Part shown: positions 20,786 through 32,452 of the stretch, in pieces | Layout: every line of letters begins with the position of its first letter | How positions within the stretch are numbered: the stretch's first letter is position 1 | NCBI GenBank assembly: GCA_964545415.1 | Contig: CAZJFP010000001.1 | Span: 9,786 to 73,785 of the forward strand | Reading direction: 5' to 3' | Origin: an uncultured Candidatus Peribacteria bacterium | GTDB lineage: Bacteria > Patescibacteriota > Gracilibacteria > Absconditabacterales > Absconditicoccaceae | DNA length: 64,000 nucleotides | Translations under genes and position numbers: made by a program | The notes under the pieces: generated by a model | Told to the model about the DNA's origin: nothing | The model's database searches: none | What the model saw: the letters and a program-made list of their open reading frames with translations, nothing else

Positions 20786-22123
20786 ATGTTAAGTCTCTAT
20801 ATCCACATACCGTTCTGTGCCAGTAAATGCGCCTATTGCTCGTTCAATAGTCTGCCTATTTTTCTATTAGATAATTACGAATTACAAATTACGAATTATG
20901 TTGAAGCGTTGAAAAAAGAAATCGATCATTACGCAGAAAAACTTTCTGACAAGGAAATAAAAACATTATATATCTGATGATGAACTCCGAGTAGGATCGG
21001 TATCGAGAGAATCATCGATATCATCGACTACCTCAGAACCAAATTCGATTTTGAAAATATCGCGGAATTGAGCATAGAGTTGAATCCTAATCCAGCCGAA
21101 GAAGTGTTGTTGTTCGTCGATACGATCAGCAAAAAATATAAGGAGTTTCCGAGAGTGAGATTTAGTTTTGGTATCCAAAGCCTCGACGATGAAGTTCTGC
21201 AGATGACTTGAAGAGCATACAATTTCACGCAGATAGCGGAGTTTCTTAGAGAGCTAGTGAAACACAAAAAAGAGAATACTGTATTCAATTTTGACTTCAT
21301 CGCCTTCGGCAAATTCCAGGTCAGCAAGAACGGCCATAAGCAGCTCCGGCACGAATTCAAACGCAATTTTTTGAAAGATTTTTTAAACAGTGGATATGCG
21401 GATAGTATCTCTTTGTATACCCTGGAGAATATAAAAGACAAGAAAAATGGATTAGACTGTATAGACGGATTAGGGCGTCCTTCTATCCCATCTATTCCAT
21501 CTATCCCGTCTATCCCATCTATTCCGTCCAATCCGTCTTATTATTGAACTGATGACGAGATCATGGAAGAGTTTCAAATACTGAAAAAAATCGTCGAAGA
21601 CGCGGGCTACCAAAGATATGAGATCTCCAATTTTGCACATGCTGGCAAAGCTTCCATCCACAATATGGCTTATTGGAAGATGGAGAATTACATAGGTTTT
21701 GGAGTCTCAGCAAGTTCTTTTTTAATGCAGAGTGCAGAATGCAGAATGCAGAAATCTTTCCCTGATTCTCTTGTCCTCGAAGGAGGGAAATCCTGAACTC
21801 TGAATTCTGAATTCTGAATTCGTCGAACGAATACATGAGATATCAAACAATATATCGAAGGAAATCGAAGAGATGAAGAGGAAGTTCAAACGTTGAATGA
21901 GTCAGATATATTGATAGAAGAATTTTTCCTTGGACTCAGGACCAGGGAAGGACTCGCCGATATTTCAAGATACGCTCCGGTGCTTGTTTCCAATTACGAA
22001 TCCTTGATCGCTAGCTATCAGGACGAAATGTTGGTCAATTTTGATGGAAAAAAATTACAGCTTACGGATGAAGGAATGAACCTCTCCAATACCATCATCA
22101 CGGACCTGTTGCAGAAACTATAA
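20786..22123 (+). CDS. hemW: Radical SAM heme chaperone / coproporphyrinogen-III-oxidase-like
   Basis: It has YIHIPFCASKCAYCSF, YIGGGTPS (GGG = three consecutive TGA at 20975-20983) and YEISNFAHAGKASIHNMAYW. Four track fragments share frame 2. Confidence 0.8.
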
Positions 22124-22206
22124 TCCCCTTGAAAACTCGCCCCGAAAGACTATCCTCAGTATAGGATAATATGATTATCCTATTTTTTATTTACTCCAAA
22201 AATAAT

Positions 22207-23235
22207 ATGAGATTAGACGGTAAAAGCATCCAAGCTGCCATCATGGCACTCGTAGACGATTATAAATTCGATCCGTACCAAGTCTTAGAAATCGTAAAGG
22301 CTGGTATCAAATCAGGATTCAAAAAAGATTTTCCTCAATACAAAAAATCTGAGATCATCGTCAATATCGAAAACGATGGAACCGTTACTATCTATAGAGA
22401 ACTTGAAGTAGCCAAAGACGTTGAAGACGATGAATTGCAGATCACCCTCGCTGATGCGAAAAAAATCAGAAAAGATGTAACTATGGGAGAAAAACTTCTG
22501 ATCGATGTCACGCCAGAAAGTTTGGAACTTTCGAGAATTGCTGCTCAATCAGCTGCTCAGACCATCAAGCAAAGTTTGAAAGGAATAGAGAGAGAAAGAT
22601 TTTATGAAAAATTCCAGAACAAGCAAGGAGAGCTTTTGAAAGCCAGAGTCATCAGAGTTCATGCAGATAGTATCATCCTCGATATCGAAGGAACTGCAGT
22701 GGTATTACAGCCAGATGGTCAGATACCAAATAGGATGTACGAACCAGGAGAAGAAATATTCGTATTATTGAAACAGATTTCCAAAGGCCAAGGAGGAATC
22801 ATCTTGGAAATCACCCAATCTACAACCGAATATATTGAAGCTATCTTGAGAAAGATCGTCCCTGAATTGGAGGAAGGTGTAGTCTGAATAGAAAAAATAG
22901 TGAGAATACCTGGAAAGAGAACCAAGATTATCGTCTACTCCAATGAAGAAAAAGTCGATCCGGTCGGTGTTATGGTCGGAAGCAAAGGAGATAGAATCAA
23001 TACGGTATTATCATTGCTCGACGGAGAAAAAATAGACTTTATTGAAGATACGGAAGATCCTATCCAGCTTATCAAGAACTGTTTGAAGCCAGCTCAGATC
23101 AACAGCGTCGACCTCGAAGACAACAAAGCCATCGTTATGATGGATGAAAGCCAGAAAGCACTCGCTATCGGAAAATGAGCATCTAATGTAAAATTAGCAA
23201 CTCAGCTTACCGGATACCAGATCGAAATCAGATAA
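22207..23235 (+). CDS. nusA: Transcription termination/antitermination factor NusA
   Basis: It has an S1-like segment (GELLKARVIRVHADSIILDIEG) and KH motifs (DPVGVMVGSKGDRINTV and ALAIGKGASNVKLATQLTG). Frame 1 is joined through 2 TGA codons. Confidence 0.85.
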
Positions 23236-23255
23236 ATATATCTACTATTCAATAT

Positions 23256-23287
23256 AAAAAAAGCCTGCTCACACAGCAGGTTTTTTT
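23256..23287. terminator. Bidirectional intrinsic-terminator-like hairpin after nusA
   Basis: The sequence is aaaaaaagcctgct cacac agcagg ttttttt. Confidence 0.65.
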
Positions 23288-23299
23288 AAAATAATTTTT

Positions 23300-23815
23300 T
23301 TAGAATGGCAGATCTATTTCTGGCACCATCCGATCTCTTTTTGATTCCAAATCAAGCACTCTTGCTTTTCCCTTGGAAATCTCCTTGGAAGGAAATCCAA
23401 ATTCTCTTGGTCCAAATTGTGTTATTTCGAGATGACTCACGATAACAACCACTTCTTTTGTACAAGAGGTAATAAACTTCTTAACCCAATCATAATCTTC
23501 TACAGAGATTATTTTGTTTTCTTCCTGTTTCAATCGTTGAAGCTCTTTTCTAGCATCCGACCCTGACCAAAGTTCATAGTATTTGCGGAAATACACATCG
23601 ATATCATTATTGAACCATATCGTTTCCATCTCTTTCGCTGTCTGGATTGCACGGTTTGCTACAGAAGTAATGAATTCTGTGTTTTTACCCCTGATCTCAG
23701 GGATTAGCTTTCTAGCTAATTTGCGGACTGCATCTTTGCCTACTTCTGAAAGATCAAAAGGTTCGACATTGATATAATCACCATGCCGAATGAAAATTAC
23801 TTTTTTTGTTTCCAT
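23300..23815 (-). CDS. Histidine phosphatase family protein
   Basis: It has VIFIRHGDY (the RHG motif) and a later VIVSHLE. The start is taken at METKK. Confidence 0.6.
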   Translation of the reverse strand: METKKVIFIRHGDYINVEPFDLSEVGKDAVRKLARKLIPEIRGKNTEFITSVANRAIQTAKEMETIWFNNDIDVYFRKYYELWSGSDARKELQRLKQEENKIISVEDYDWVKKFITSCTKEVVVIVSHLEITQFGPREFGFPSKEISKGKARVLDLESKRDRMVPEIDLPF

Positions 23816-23965
23816 ATGTTTGATGTTTTTTTGTAGTATTACGATAATTAGCAAAAAAGTCAATTGTATTTGTTAAATATACTTTATTGCCCGTAGATAT
23901 TTTTTTTATTTGCAAAATTTCTGTTCTCGGATATACTTACATATCTTTATCCTTCCCTTACGATT

Positions 23966-24688
23966 ATGAACGATAACGACAAAAAAATCACTACTCAGGA
24001 AAGCATACAATCATCATATCAAAAACTACCGCACTCCAATGATTTTCTGCTTACCAATATCAAAACCAACCTACATAAGATCCTCGAACGGAAGATGCCT
24101 CTGGAAAAAAGCGATAGAGCGATGGATTTCTGAATCGATGAATATTCGAGGATGCTCAAGACCGTAGAAAAATTAAAAGAAACATCGCTTTCTGAACACG
24201 ATAGGGAGTTCTTACATGCTATGGAGGGATTCTATTATATCGCCGGCCAAAAAAACGATATGGATCCAAACACCTATAAAGAGATGCTCCGCAACGTAAG
24301 GGATACTATGGGAACATTCTATCTCAAATGTGCATTACGCAACGATTATGACATCACCAAAAACCCGCTTAAACTTTCGCTCCACGATATCATCACCATC
24401 TGCACCTTCATTGAAAAAAGATTCACCACAAATGATCAAGTCGATCGAATAGGATATTTCACTGCATATGAAGAAGGGGGAAATCTCAAACTCGTCGAGC
24501 TCATAGAACAAGCAAAAAAAGAATACCCTGATTTCAAAAAAGAGCAGATAAACATACCGCTCCTGCTTAAGATTTTCAATCTCAAAAATGATATCAGCAA
24601 GGATGTCTTCAGTTATCTCCTAAAAGATCATCTCTGATATACCAACAAGGAGATTTCTGCTATCAACGACAAATATCATCTTGGATAA
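23966..24688 (+). CDS. Hypothetical protein
   Basis: Frame 2 runs from ATG 23966 through TGA at 24131 and 24635 to TAA 24686-24688. I recognised no family. Confidence 0.5.
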
Positions 24689-26413
24689 TTATCTATCGAA
24701 GAATTTATCGATATCGCTTTTTGGCGTCTTGATAAAGAATGGCCTGCCATGCTGACAGACGAAGAGACCTGGAATAGCGGAAAGACCTTCTTTTACTAGA
24801 TTCGTCATCTCCGGCAGCGAGAGTCTATCCCCTGCTTTGATGGAGACTTTGCACGCATGCGTTGCAAACATCTTGTCTAGGATATGATCGAAGGTGATCT
24901 TTTCTAAATACAATATATGATTGAACACCTTTTCCATATCTATCTTGTGAACGGAAAATATCTGCGGTACGGAATAGATGGCGATTTTGTTCTCGCCGAT
25001 CATGGATGCGTCGAATCCGAGCGTGTTGATCTCGTCCAATTTCTGATCCAGATTCGGTATATTGGTGATTTCTATCGTGATAGGCTGTAATAATATTTCT
25101 GACTGACGATCTTCTTTTACGCCAGCCTTGATATGTTCGAACAAGATCCTTTCTGCGAGTGCGTGCTGATCTATATAAAATAAGGAATCTATCGATTCGA
25201 CTAATATGTATGCATTCCATAATTGCCCGATGACTTTGTAATCGCCGATCTCTTTGTCCCGCAATTGTTCCTGTGGTTCCGTAGCAAATGCTGTTGTTTG
25301 CGTTACTGTAGGTTGAGCAACCGTAGCAAAATCATTCACTCCAAACATGCTATTTTGCTCGATTACCGGTGTAGATGATGATGACACTTCCATCCTAGAG
25401 AACTGCTGGCTGATGGTAGAAATCCTATGTTCACCAAGCGATTTGATGACATTGGAATAAATGAGGTCATAGACTTTCCTGGAATCAGCGAATTTCACTT
25501 CCAATTTTCTCGGATGTACATTGACGTCTACGAAGCTCGGTTTTGCATCTATCATCAACAACGCAAGCGGATACTCGTTGGGTGCTATCTGTCTATAATA
25601 AGCGTCCATCAACGCTTTCTTGATAACCTTATCCTGGACTGGTCTTTTGTTGACGTAGATCTTGATATTCTCTGCAGATCAGAACAAAAGCTGTGAATTT
25701 CCTATGATGCCGTAGAGTGATAATTCTTCAGCTGTATGCTGTATTTCCTTGATATGTTTGCTCCGATCTTTCTTGTAGATATCCTGGATCCTCTCCATCA
25801 GCGATTCTCTCGGTTGTAGATCGAAAATAATCTTATCGTTCTTCTTGAAGATAAATCCTTTGTCGGGGTGCATGATCGCGATATCAGTAACATAGTTGTA
25901 ACAATAGAAAAATTCTGTCTGTGAGGATTTGAGGAATTTCAATCTTGCAGGGACATTGTAAAACAGATCTTCGACCGTTACGATAGTTCCATGCTGGAAC
26001 CCCACCGGCTGATGCTTGACGATAGGATCCATACCCAATTTCGTTATCTTGGTTCATATCTCACTATATGCAGTTTTTGAAATCACCGTAGTCTTACTTA
26101 CTTCTGCTATACTTGCCAATGCTTCCCCACGGAAACCGTAGCTTATGAGATTGAAGAGATCCTGTTCTCCATATATTTTTGATGTTGCGTATCTTTCAAA
26201 CAACAATTCCATATCTGACAATTCGATTCACAATCCATTATCTTCGACACTGATCAATGATTTTCCGCCATCATGAATATCTATCTTGATCTGCGTCGCT
26301 CACGCATCCAGACTATTTTCCACCAATTCCTTCAAAATGGAAGCCGGTCTTTCGACGATTTCTCCTGCTTTGAGTCTATTAATCAAATATTCCGGTAATT
26401 TGCGGATAGCCAT
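24689..26413 (-). CDS. mutL: DNA mismatch repair protein MutL
   Basis: This 575-codon ORF is joined through TGA. It has the GHKL N-terminus ([38 protein letters not shown] and [11 protein letters not shown]) and a C-terminal CQHGRP motif. Confidence 0.9.
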
Positions 26414-26415
26414 AC

Positions 26416-26499
26416 TAAACTCTAATTTTAAGTTCTAAATGTTAAGTTTTAAATATTTTTCGTTATGCTTAGCATTAAGCATTCAACATTAAGCATTGT
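26416..26499. repeat. Hairpin with 7-nt-periodic arms upstream of mutL
   Basis: The arms are taattttaagttctaaatgttaagttttaaat and atgcttagcattaagcattcaacattaagcatt. Confidence 0.65.
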
Positions 26500-26643
26500 T
26501 TTAAAGTTTTGTATATTGGTTTTTAGTATTTTCGCTTGAATTTTCAACCACATTACTCATAAATCATTGATGATTTGTAATAGTCCATAAGGAGACAATT
26601 TCGACATTGTTAGCTTTTAGTTGTTAGTTGTTAATTACGTTTA

Positions 26644-27056
26644 TGGAATATATACGTACACTTCTCAGAAGATATCCGAACCGCATCAAATACGGAATAT
26701 TGATTCTGGATATTTTTGCGATGATTGTCGCTATCAGAACCTATGTAAATTATATCTCCATCGAGACTGCCATAGAAGACGCCACCATACAACAACAGGT
26801 CAAAACTGATGAGTTAGCCTTCACTCAAAATTTTCTGGTGAATTATGAGAAGTCTGAATATGCAAAATATTTTCTCGAGCATGAAAATAATATGCTCCTT
26901 GGCGACGAATATATCGTCAAATTCGAAGAAATGTACCAAAAACAAGAAGTGAATACCGGGACCTCTGTCAGCCCTATAGGATATGAAAATACGGTTATCG
27001 ATACTCCACAAAAATCCTGGAAAAAATTCATCGGAGACAAAATCAACAAGAGATAA
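26644..27056 (+). CDS. Membrane-anchored hypothetical protein
   Basis: It has a single N-terminal TM segment (GILILDIFAMIVAI) followed by a polar domain, and ends in a real TAA. Confidence 0.5.
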
Positions 27057-27145
27057 TTGGAGTTGAATTAGGCGTGTATATGCTTAAATTGTCTACATCC
27101 TACCATATATCCCCTATACCCTTTTATACCTTAAAGCTTTGACCT

Positions 27146-27649
27146 ATGAAAAAATTCCTTACCTTGCTTGGTATAGTATCACTTTCCCTCCTAGTCATAG
27201 CATGATGTACCAGCAAAAACAGAGTGCAAGTCGGCGATACCATTACTATCGTCTATTCTGCTACCTATCCTGATGGCACACTTTTTGATCAAAACACAGA
27301 AGACCAGCCACTCATGTTTGTTGTAGGTACCAATCAAGTCATCCAAGGATTGGATGAAGGTATTGTTGGGATGAAAATCGGAAAATCCAAGACTATCACC
27401 ATCACTCCTGATAAATGATACGGAAAACTCTACCAAAAGCAAAATGTCCAAAAAGTCGGTAAACTCATCTTTGATGCGATAGGAGTTATCCCTGAAATCG
27501 GGAAAATGCAGAAATTGGATAGTATAGAATGACTTGTCAAAAGTATAGAGACCGATACAGAAGGAAACCAATTCATACTTTTCGATATCAATCCAAGACA
27601 GACATATGAAACACTCAAATACAAAGTGACCGTCATCACAAAACAATAA
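27146..27649 (+). CDS. FKBP-type peptidyl-prolyl isomerase lipoprotein
   Basis: The lipobox LLVIAGC has its Gly encoded by TGA. The FKBP core is VQVGDTITIVYSATYPDGTLFD ... VIQGLDEGIVGMKIGKSKTITITPDKGYG. Confidence 0.8.
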
Positions 27650-27747
27650 TATTCAATGATATGTGATACATGATCTATGATACATGAACCATATAACGTA
27701 ATGGCTCTTGCGTCTTGAATCTTGTATCCTGAAACAAGTATTTATCA

Positions 27748-29961
27748 TTGTTTTTGGATTACATGCAACTCTTCAAGAGAGTCCTATTGTCCCTATTCCC
27801 TGATGAAATCATTGCACAGACCATAAATCCCGCAAGCATGTTTATCTCGTTTATCTCTACCAAAGAGTTTTTTTCCGTAATCAACAGAAAAATCGTAGAA
27901 AACTATAAACTGAATCTTTTTGACGTTACGCTTGACCCCTTCGAATTCAAGATAGGATTCGGCGAACAATCCAATATCAAGCCCAAAGATATAGATGCGT
28001 ATTATAGTTATTGCGCCACTGCTAATCTCAATGGCTACAGGTTTTTTTCACCTGCAAATGTCTCCAATAATCTTGCATTGGTAGTCGCACTCTATGTCAA
28101 AGATATTTTCAGACAGTATCCTCCTGAGTATTATCTCAACTTTCTCTATGCTGTCTTTCTTTTGAGTTTTGTCTTTCTCGCAAGACTAAAAATCTTCCCA
28201 TACAAAGATAGAGAAAAAAATTACAACTGGTTCATAGAGACCATGTTTTCGTTCTATGAGTTCGTTTTTCAACAGACAGGAAAAAAAGCTGATCCAGTCA
28301 TCATCAAAGCATTAAAAAAGGAATTATTGAATCAGATAGAAGTCTTTTTGACGTTATTCTCCGTATACAAAAATCTCAATACGCTATTCGTACACCCCGA
28401 TATTGTAGACCAAGATATCTATGCTTGGCTCTTTTATGATGAACTCAAAAGCGATGCTAAATCCATTTATGCAGAATTTATCGCCAACCACAAAAACTAT
28501 ACGTCCAAGAAGAATTTTTCAGCGGTAGAGACCAAAATCATGCAATCCATTCTTCCTGCAGATATCCTTCTCAGATATCTCTTCATCGATTCGGATATGG
28601 GACTCATTACCGATATAGTAATTGCAAAGATCTTCGACAAAAAGATCCTCGACACCTTTATCAAAAGTTTCCGTACTGACGAATCACAGCTTGAGCCTTT
28701 CTTACTTTACATTACTGATTATAGAAATTTCAAAAAAAACTTCTTTTCAGGAGTACAAAAATATATAATCACCATGTTCAGAGACCAGGATAATAAGACA
28801 CCCATCAAAGAGGATTTGGATGATCTCATGTCCTCTATCGGAGAAGATGTCGAAAATATCGAGAGTTTCAAAATTCCAGAAAGAATCAAAAAGGAATCCA
28901 AAATGATGGAAAAACTCCTCAATTTCTACATTACCCTCATTGGCGGCTCTTGGCTTTCTAGAGGTGATACATTTTTTTTGAGATTATTTAGAAAACCCAT
29001 AATCCATCAACTCAGCACGTCCGAAGATAATCTCGACGAAAAAAATTATACGCTCCTCTATTATGGAGGACTTCTCTACCAATACGGCAAGAATGTGTTC
29101 TTCTATAAACATACAGCAGAAAATGTTAGAGCTGGTAAGCAGAAATTCATCCTGCCACATAAGACGGATATCAAAAATATCTATTCCAATATTGCTTTAC
29201 TCAAGTTCTTCGATGAAACATTCCTCGCAACACTCTTGCAGGATATCAATCCAAAAGATATCAGACTCTATATCAAAAACAAAAAACTTATAGAGCTTTT
29301 CAAAGGGCTCACTGGCCAAGAGATCTCCAATATGGTAAAGCTCTCTGATAATCAATTCATAGAATCTGCATATCAGGATATTGCAAAAAATCTTGAACAC
29401 AAACATTTTACCAAAATCCTAAAAAAAGAACTGCATGAGCAGGATATCTATCATCTCAAAGAGAACATTTACAATCTTGATTTTCGAGTCAGCAAAGCTT
29501 TCTTCAGATCCATAACTCAAAAAAATATTCTTCTAAAAAACGACTATTCTGATCTCGTGATCATGGGAATCTTCGCTACCATTAGGGAAACGCTCTTTGG
29601 ATTCTTGATCTACCTCACCTATGTGAAAGATGAAGCTAAGGAAAAAAACATTCATACTGACCTCCTTCTCAAACTCTATGTTCAAGACATCTTGAATATC
29701 GATGAATATTATCATAGCAAGATCATTGATATCATCACTACTCTTCAGGCAGATTTCAATGAAATCATCAAACATCGGATAGAAATAGATGACAATCACG
29801 ATTATCTCAAAATCGCTTATGAAAACTGGATTTTTTTCTCCAAGGGAAACAAAAGCCTTGAAGAGATCAAGAAGAACATTATCAGTGAGGACATCATCCG
29901 ATTCAAATGATTCCTCAAGAATATCACGTATTATAACAAAAGATTCCTTATGCCACAATAA
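27748..29961 (+). CDS. Large hypothetical protein (~737 aa)
   Basis: A 720-aa standard-code ORF extends through one TGA to TAA 29959-29961. It is rich in K, F, Y and I. I recognised no motif. The start may be ATG 27763. Confidence 0.6.
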
Positions 29962-29971
29962 ATGCTTCGCA

Positions 29972-30093
29972 AATTGAAAATTAAAAATTAAGAATGAATA
30001 ATGTTGGTTTTGCTGAAACGAACTATTGCATTCTACAATAGCAAATAATAAGACAAAACAAAAATCATTCATCTTTCATTGTTCATCATCCAT
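29972..30093. repeat. Family B element, copy 2
   Basis: The sequence aattaagaatgaataatgttggt ... ctattgcattctacaatag ... atcattcatctttcattgttcatcatcc has the same architecture as copy 1. Confidence 0.8.
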
Positions 30094-30113
30094 TTATATA
30101 GTTATATAAAGTC

Positions 30114-30548
30114 ATGAAGTGCCCGAAATGCCAGAGTATGGAGACCAAAGTTATAGATTCTAGAGTGATTGAAGACGGTCAAAGTATCAGAAGAAGAAGG
30201 GAATGCGAATATTGTCAGCACAGATTCACTACGTTTGAAAGAAAATGATTCACGGAATTAGTGGTCGTCAAAAAAGACGGCAGCAAAGAAATGTACGACA
30301 GACAGAAGCTCAAGAAAGCCTTGCTTTTGGCGTTCGCAAAAAGAGAGATAGATAGAGAACAGATCGAGAATCTTATCAACAATCTCGAAGCGGAACGATC
30401 TACCGACAAAAATGAAATCACCTCCAAAGAGATCGGAGATGATGTCCTGAGAGCATTAAAAAAGATAGATCCCGTCGTCTATGTAAGATTTGCATCTGTG
30501 TACAAATCATTCGATAGTCTCAAAGATTTCAAGAAATTCATAGACTAA
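30114..30548 (+). CDS. nrdR: Transcriptional repressor NrdR
   Basis: It has [42 protein letters not shown] (zinc ribbon) followed by an ATP-cone. One in-frame TGA lies at 30246. Confidence 0.9.
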
Positions 30549-30570
30549 TCCCTTGCGCAAAAAAATTGCA

Positions 30571-30657
30571 CAAGAATTTAAAATTTTAAATGCTAAATTT
30601 TAAATGAAGCATTTTTTTATTTAGAATTTAGAATTTAGAACTTAACATTTAACATCC
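30571..30657. repeat. Hairpin with 7-nt-periodic arms downstream of nrdR
   Basis: The arms are aaattttaaatgctaaattttaaatgaagc and atttagaatttagaatttagaacttaacatttaac. Confidence 0.65.
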
Positions 30658-30668
30658 CTGCAAGGGAA

Positions 30669-31175
30669 TTATTCTACAAATGCTTTGAAATCTATAAACG
30701 TTATTTCTTCTCTGGTTTGTGCCAGATCAAAAAATGTAAATTCCTGTATTTCAGGGGTATGTGCTACACAACAATCCTTGATGACCGTGATATTAAATTC
30801 TCTATCATAGGCATCTTGAATAAAACTCCTGACACAAAGGTTAGTCAAAATTCCACAAACAATAACATTTTTGATACCATTCAATTCTTGATCCAAGGAG
30901 GTGTTATAAAACGGATTGATCTTGTTTTTTATAATGACCGTATCTGTCTCTTGAGCACCGAGTTCTGGGATAAATTGTGTCTCTGGACCGAATGCATCCA
31001 TAGAATCAGGTTCCCTATGTTTCGTCCAGATAATTTTATATTCTCTCGCTCTACAATGATCAATCAGATATTTTACTTTTGCTAGAGTCTCTTGAACATC
31101 ACCGACATAATATTCGCTTTCTGGATCAAGCCGTTCTTTTTGGAAATCAATAAGCACCAAAGCTGTTTCAGTCAT
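30669..31175 (-). CDS. Isochorismatase-family cysteine hydrolase
   Basis: It has ALVLIDFQK ... VIIKNKINPF ... VIVCGILTNLCVRSFIQDA, which gives the catalytic D/K/C pattern. Confidence 0.7.
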   Translation of the reverse strand: MTETALVLIDFQKERLDPESEYYVGDVQETLAKVKYLIDHCRAREYKIIWTKHREPDSMDAFGPETQFIPELGAQETDTVIIKNKINPFYNTSLDQELNGIKNVIVCGILTNLCVRSFIQDAYDREFNITVIKDCCVAHTPEIQEFTFFDLAQTREEITFIDFKAFVE

Positions 31176-31299
31176 AATAGAGAAAAAAATATATATAAAA
31201 TACATGCGTAGCAGTACCTATAATGATTTTGCCTTCATTTTCAAATATAATGAGAAGAGTCTCGGACAATCCGGACTCTTCAAATACAACCCTTTACTG

Positions 31300-31707
31300 T
31301 TACTTCATTTCTTTTTCAGGCACGTTTTCAGATGTTTTTTTTCTAATGGGATAGTATACCCTTTTATGAAATTCCAACCTCTGATCCAAGGACTTATTGG
31401 TCCATGGCGTAGCTGCATTACAATCTTCGTTGTTCATCAAGTTTCGTAACACAGCAATAATGTTGTTTTTCTTTCCATCAAAGGCACTTCCTCCTTTGAA
31501 AATCAGAAGAGGTTTATCGTTCCATAAGAGCATATTGGTATTATCCCCATTCTCCTGGTCCTCGATTTTCAATCCTGTCACTCGCTGGTTTGAGTCAGCG
31601 GCATAAATGCTTTGGAATAAGTCTAGTAGACCGTCTCTGTCCAAAATTGCCTGTAGATTCCTTTGGGAAGGTATCTTCCCTCCCCTTTTTTCTTCTTTCT
31701 CTTGCAT
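31300..31707 (-). CDS. Hypothetical protein
   Basis: This is a 135-aa ORF that ends in a real TAA. I recognised no family. Confidence 0.45.
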   Translation of the reverse strand: MQEKEEKRGGKIPSQRNLQAILDRDGLLDLFQSIYAADSNQRVTGLKIEDQENGDNTNMLLWNDKPLLIFKGGSAFDGKKNNIIAVLRNLMNNEDCNAATPWTNKSLDQRLEFHKRVYYPIRKKTSENVPEKEMK

Positions 31708-31773
31708 GTTTTTAATTATTTTTTTTGTTTTTGGTTAACGTATATTGGTTTTTTATTACTATTTATTTGGCTT

Positions 31774-32430
31774 CTAAAGTCAAGTCTTTCTATCTGATAT
31801 AATATATTTCACAAGTCTTATAATTCATCGGATAACTACAATACCTATGATAAGCGTAGCCATTATCATCAATCATACATAGTTTCGAAACATAACATAT
31901 CGTGATTTTTCAAAAAATGCTACCTTGAGGGTCGGTATTGCTTTGAATGTTTGTACCATCTCTTTGAAAGGAAAACTTTCTATTTTTCCTATAGTGAGAG
32001 AATATTTTCCTTGGTTACCAGGATTGGATACAGTAATAGTATACACTCCGCCATCGACGTATTTTTCGAAACTTGGTCATTTAAGATATGTGTCCCCTGC
32101 AAATGGTTCAAAAAAATCTGTCCGCACTGATGAAGCACCTTCCAGGCTCGTTGCTATATCTTTGGGTTCGTGAATATGTACAACAAAATCAGTCCTCTGC
32201 CCCGAGAATGCAGGCACTACAATATTCACATACAGGAGGAATCCTGTATCCGATACTATCTGATACACATCTTCATATCCTGAAAGTATGCCATAAAATG
32301 CTTGTGAAATCTCTGGATGTTCTACATTCACAATCTGTCCTACAGGTTGTTTGAACACTAACCTCGGCTGATGAGCAAACGTGAAGCCCAACAAAAAAAG
32401 TCCCATAACAAATAAGAATATTTTTTTCAT
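31774..32430 (-). CDS. Secreted protein with C-terminal TM anchor, unknown function
   Basis: It has a signal peptide (MKKIFLFVMGLFLLGFTFA). The ORF extends through TGA codons to TAG (plus-strand cta at 31774-31776). The C-terminal hydrophobic segment is LMIMATLIIGIVVI. Confidence 0.55.
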
Positions 32431-32452
32431 AGTATGGAAGCAATGGATAAAA

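Noticed and set aside
31774-32430. The mature N-terminal histidine after signal cleavage (FA/HQPRL) as a copper histidine-brace protein.
   Set aside because: The idea rests on a single residue. I recognised no supporting family motif, so I kept the protein as hypothetical.
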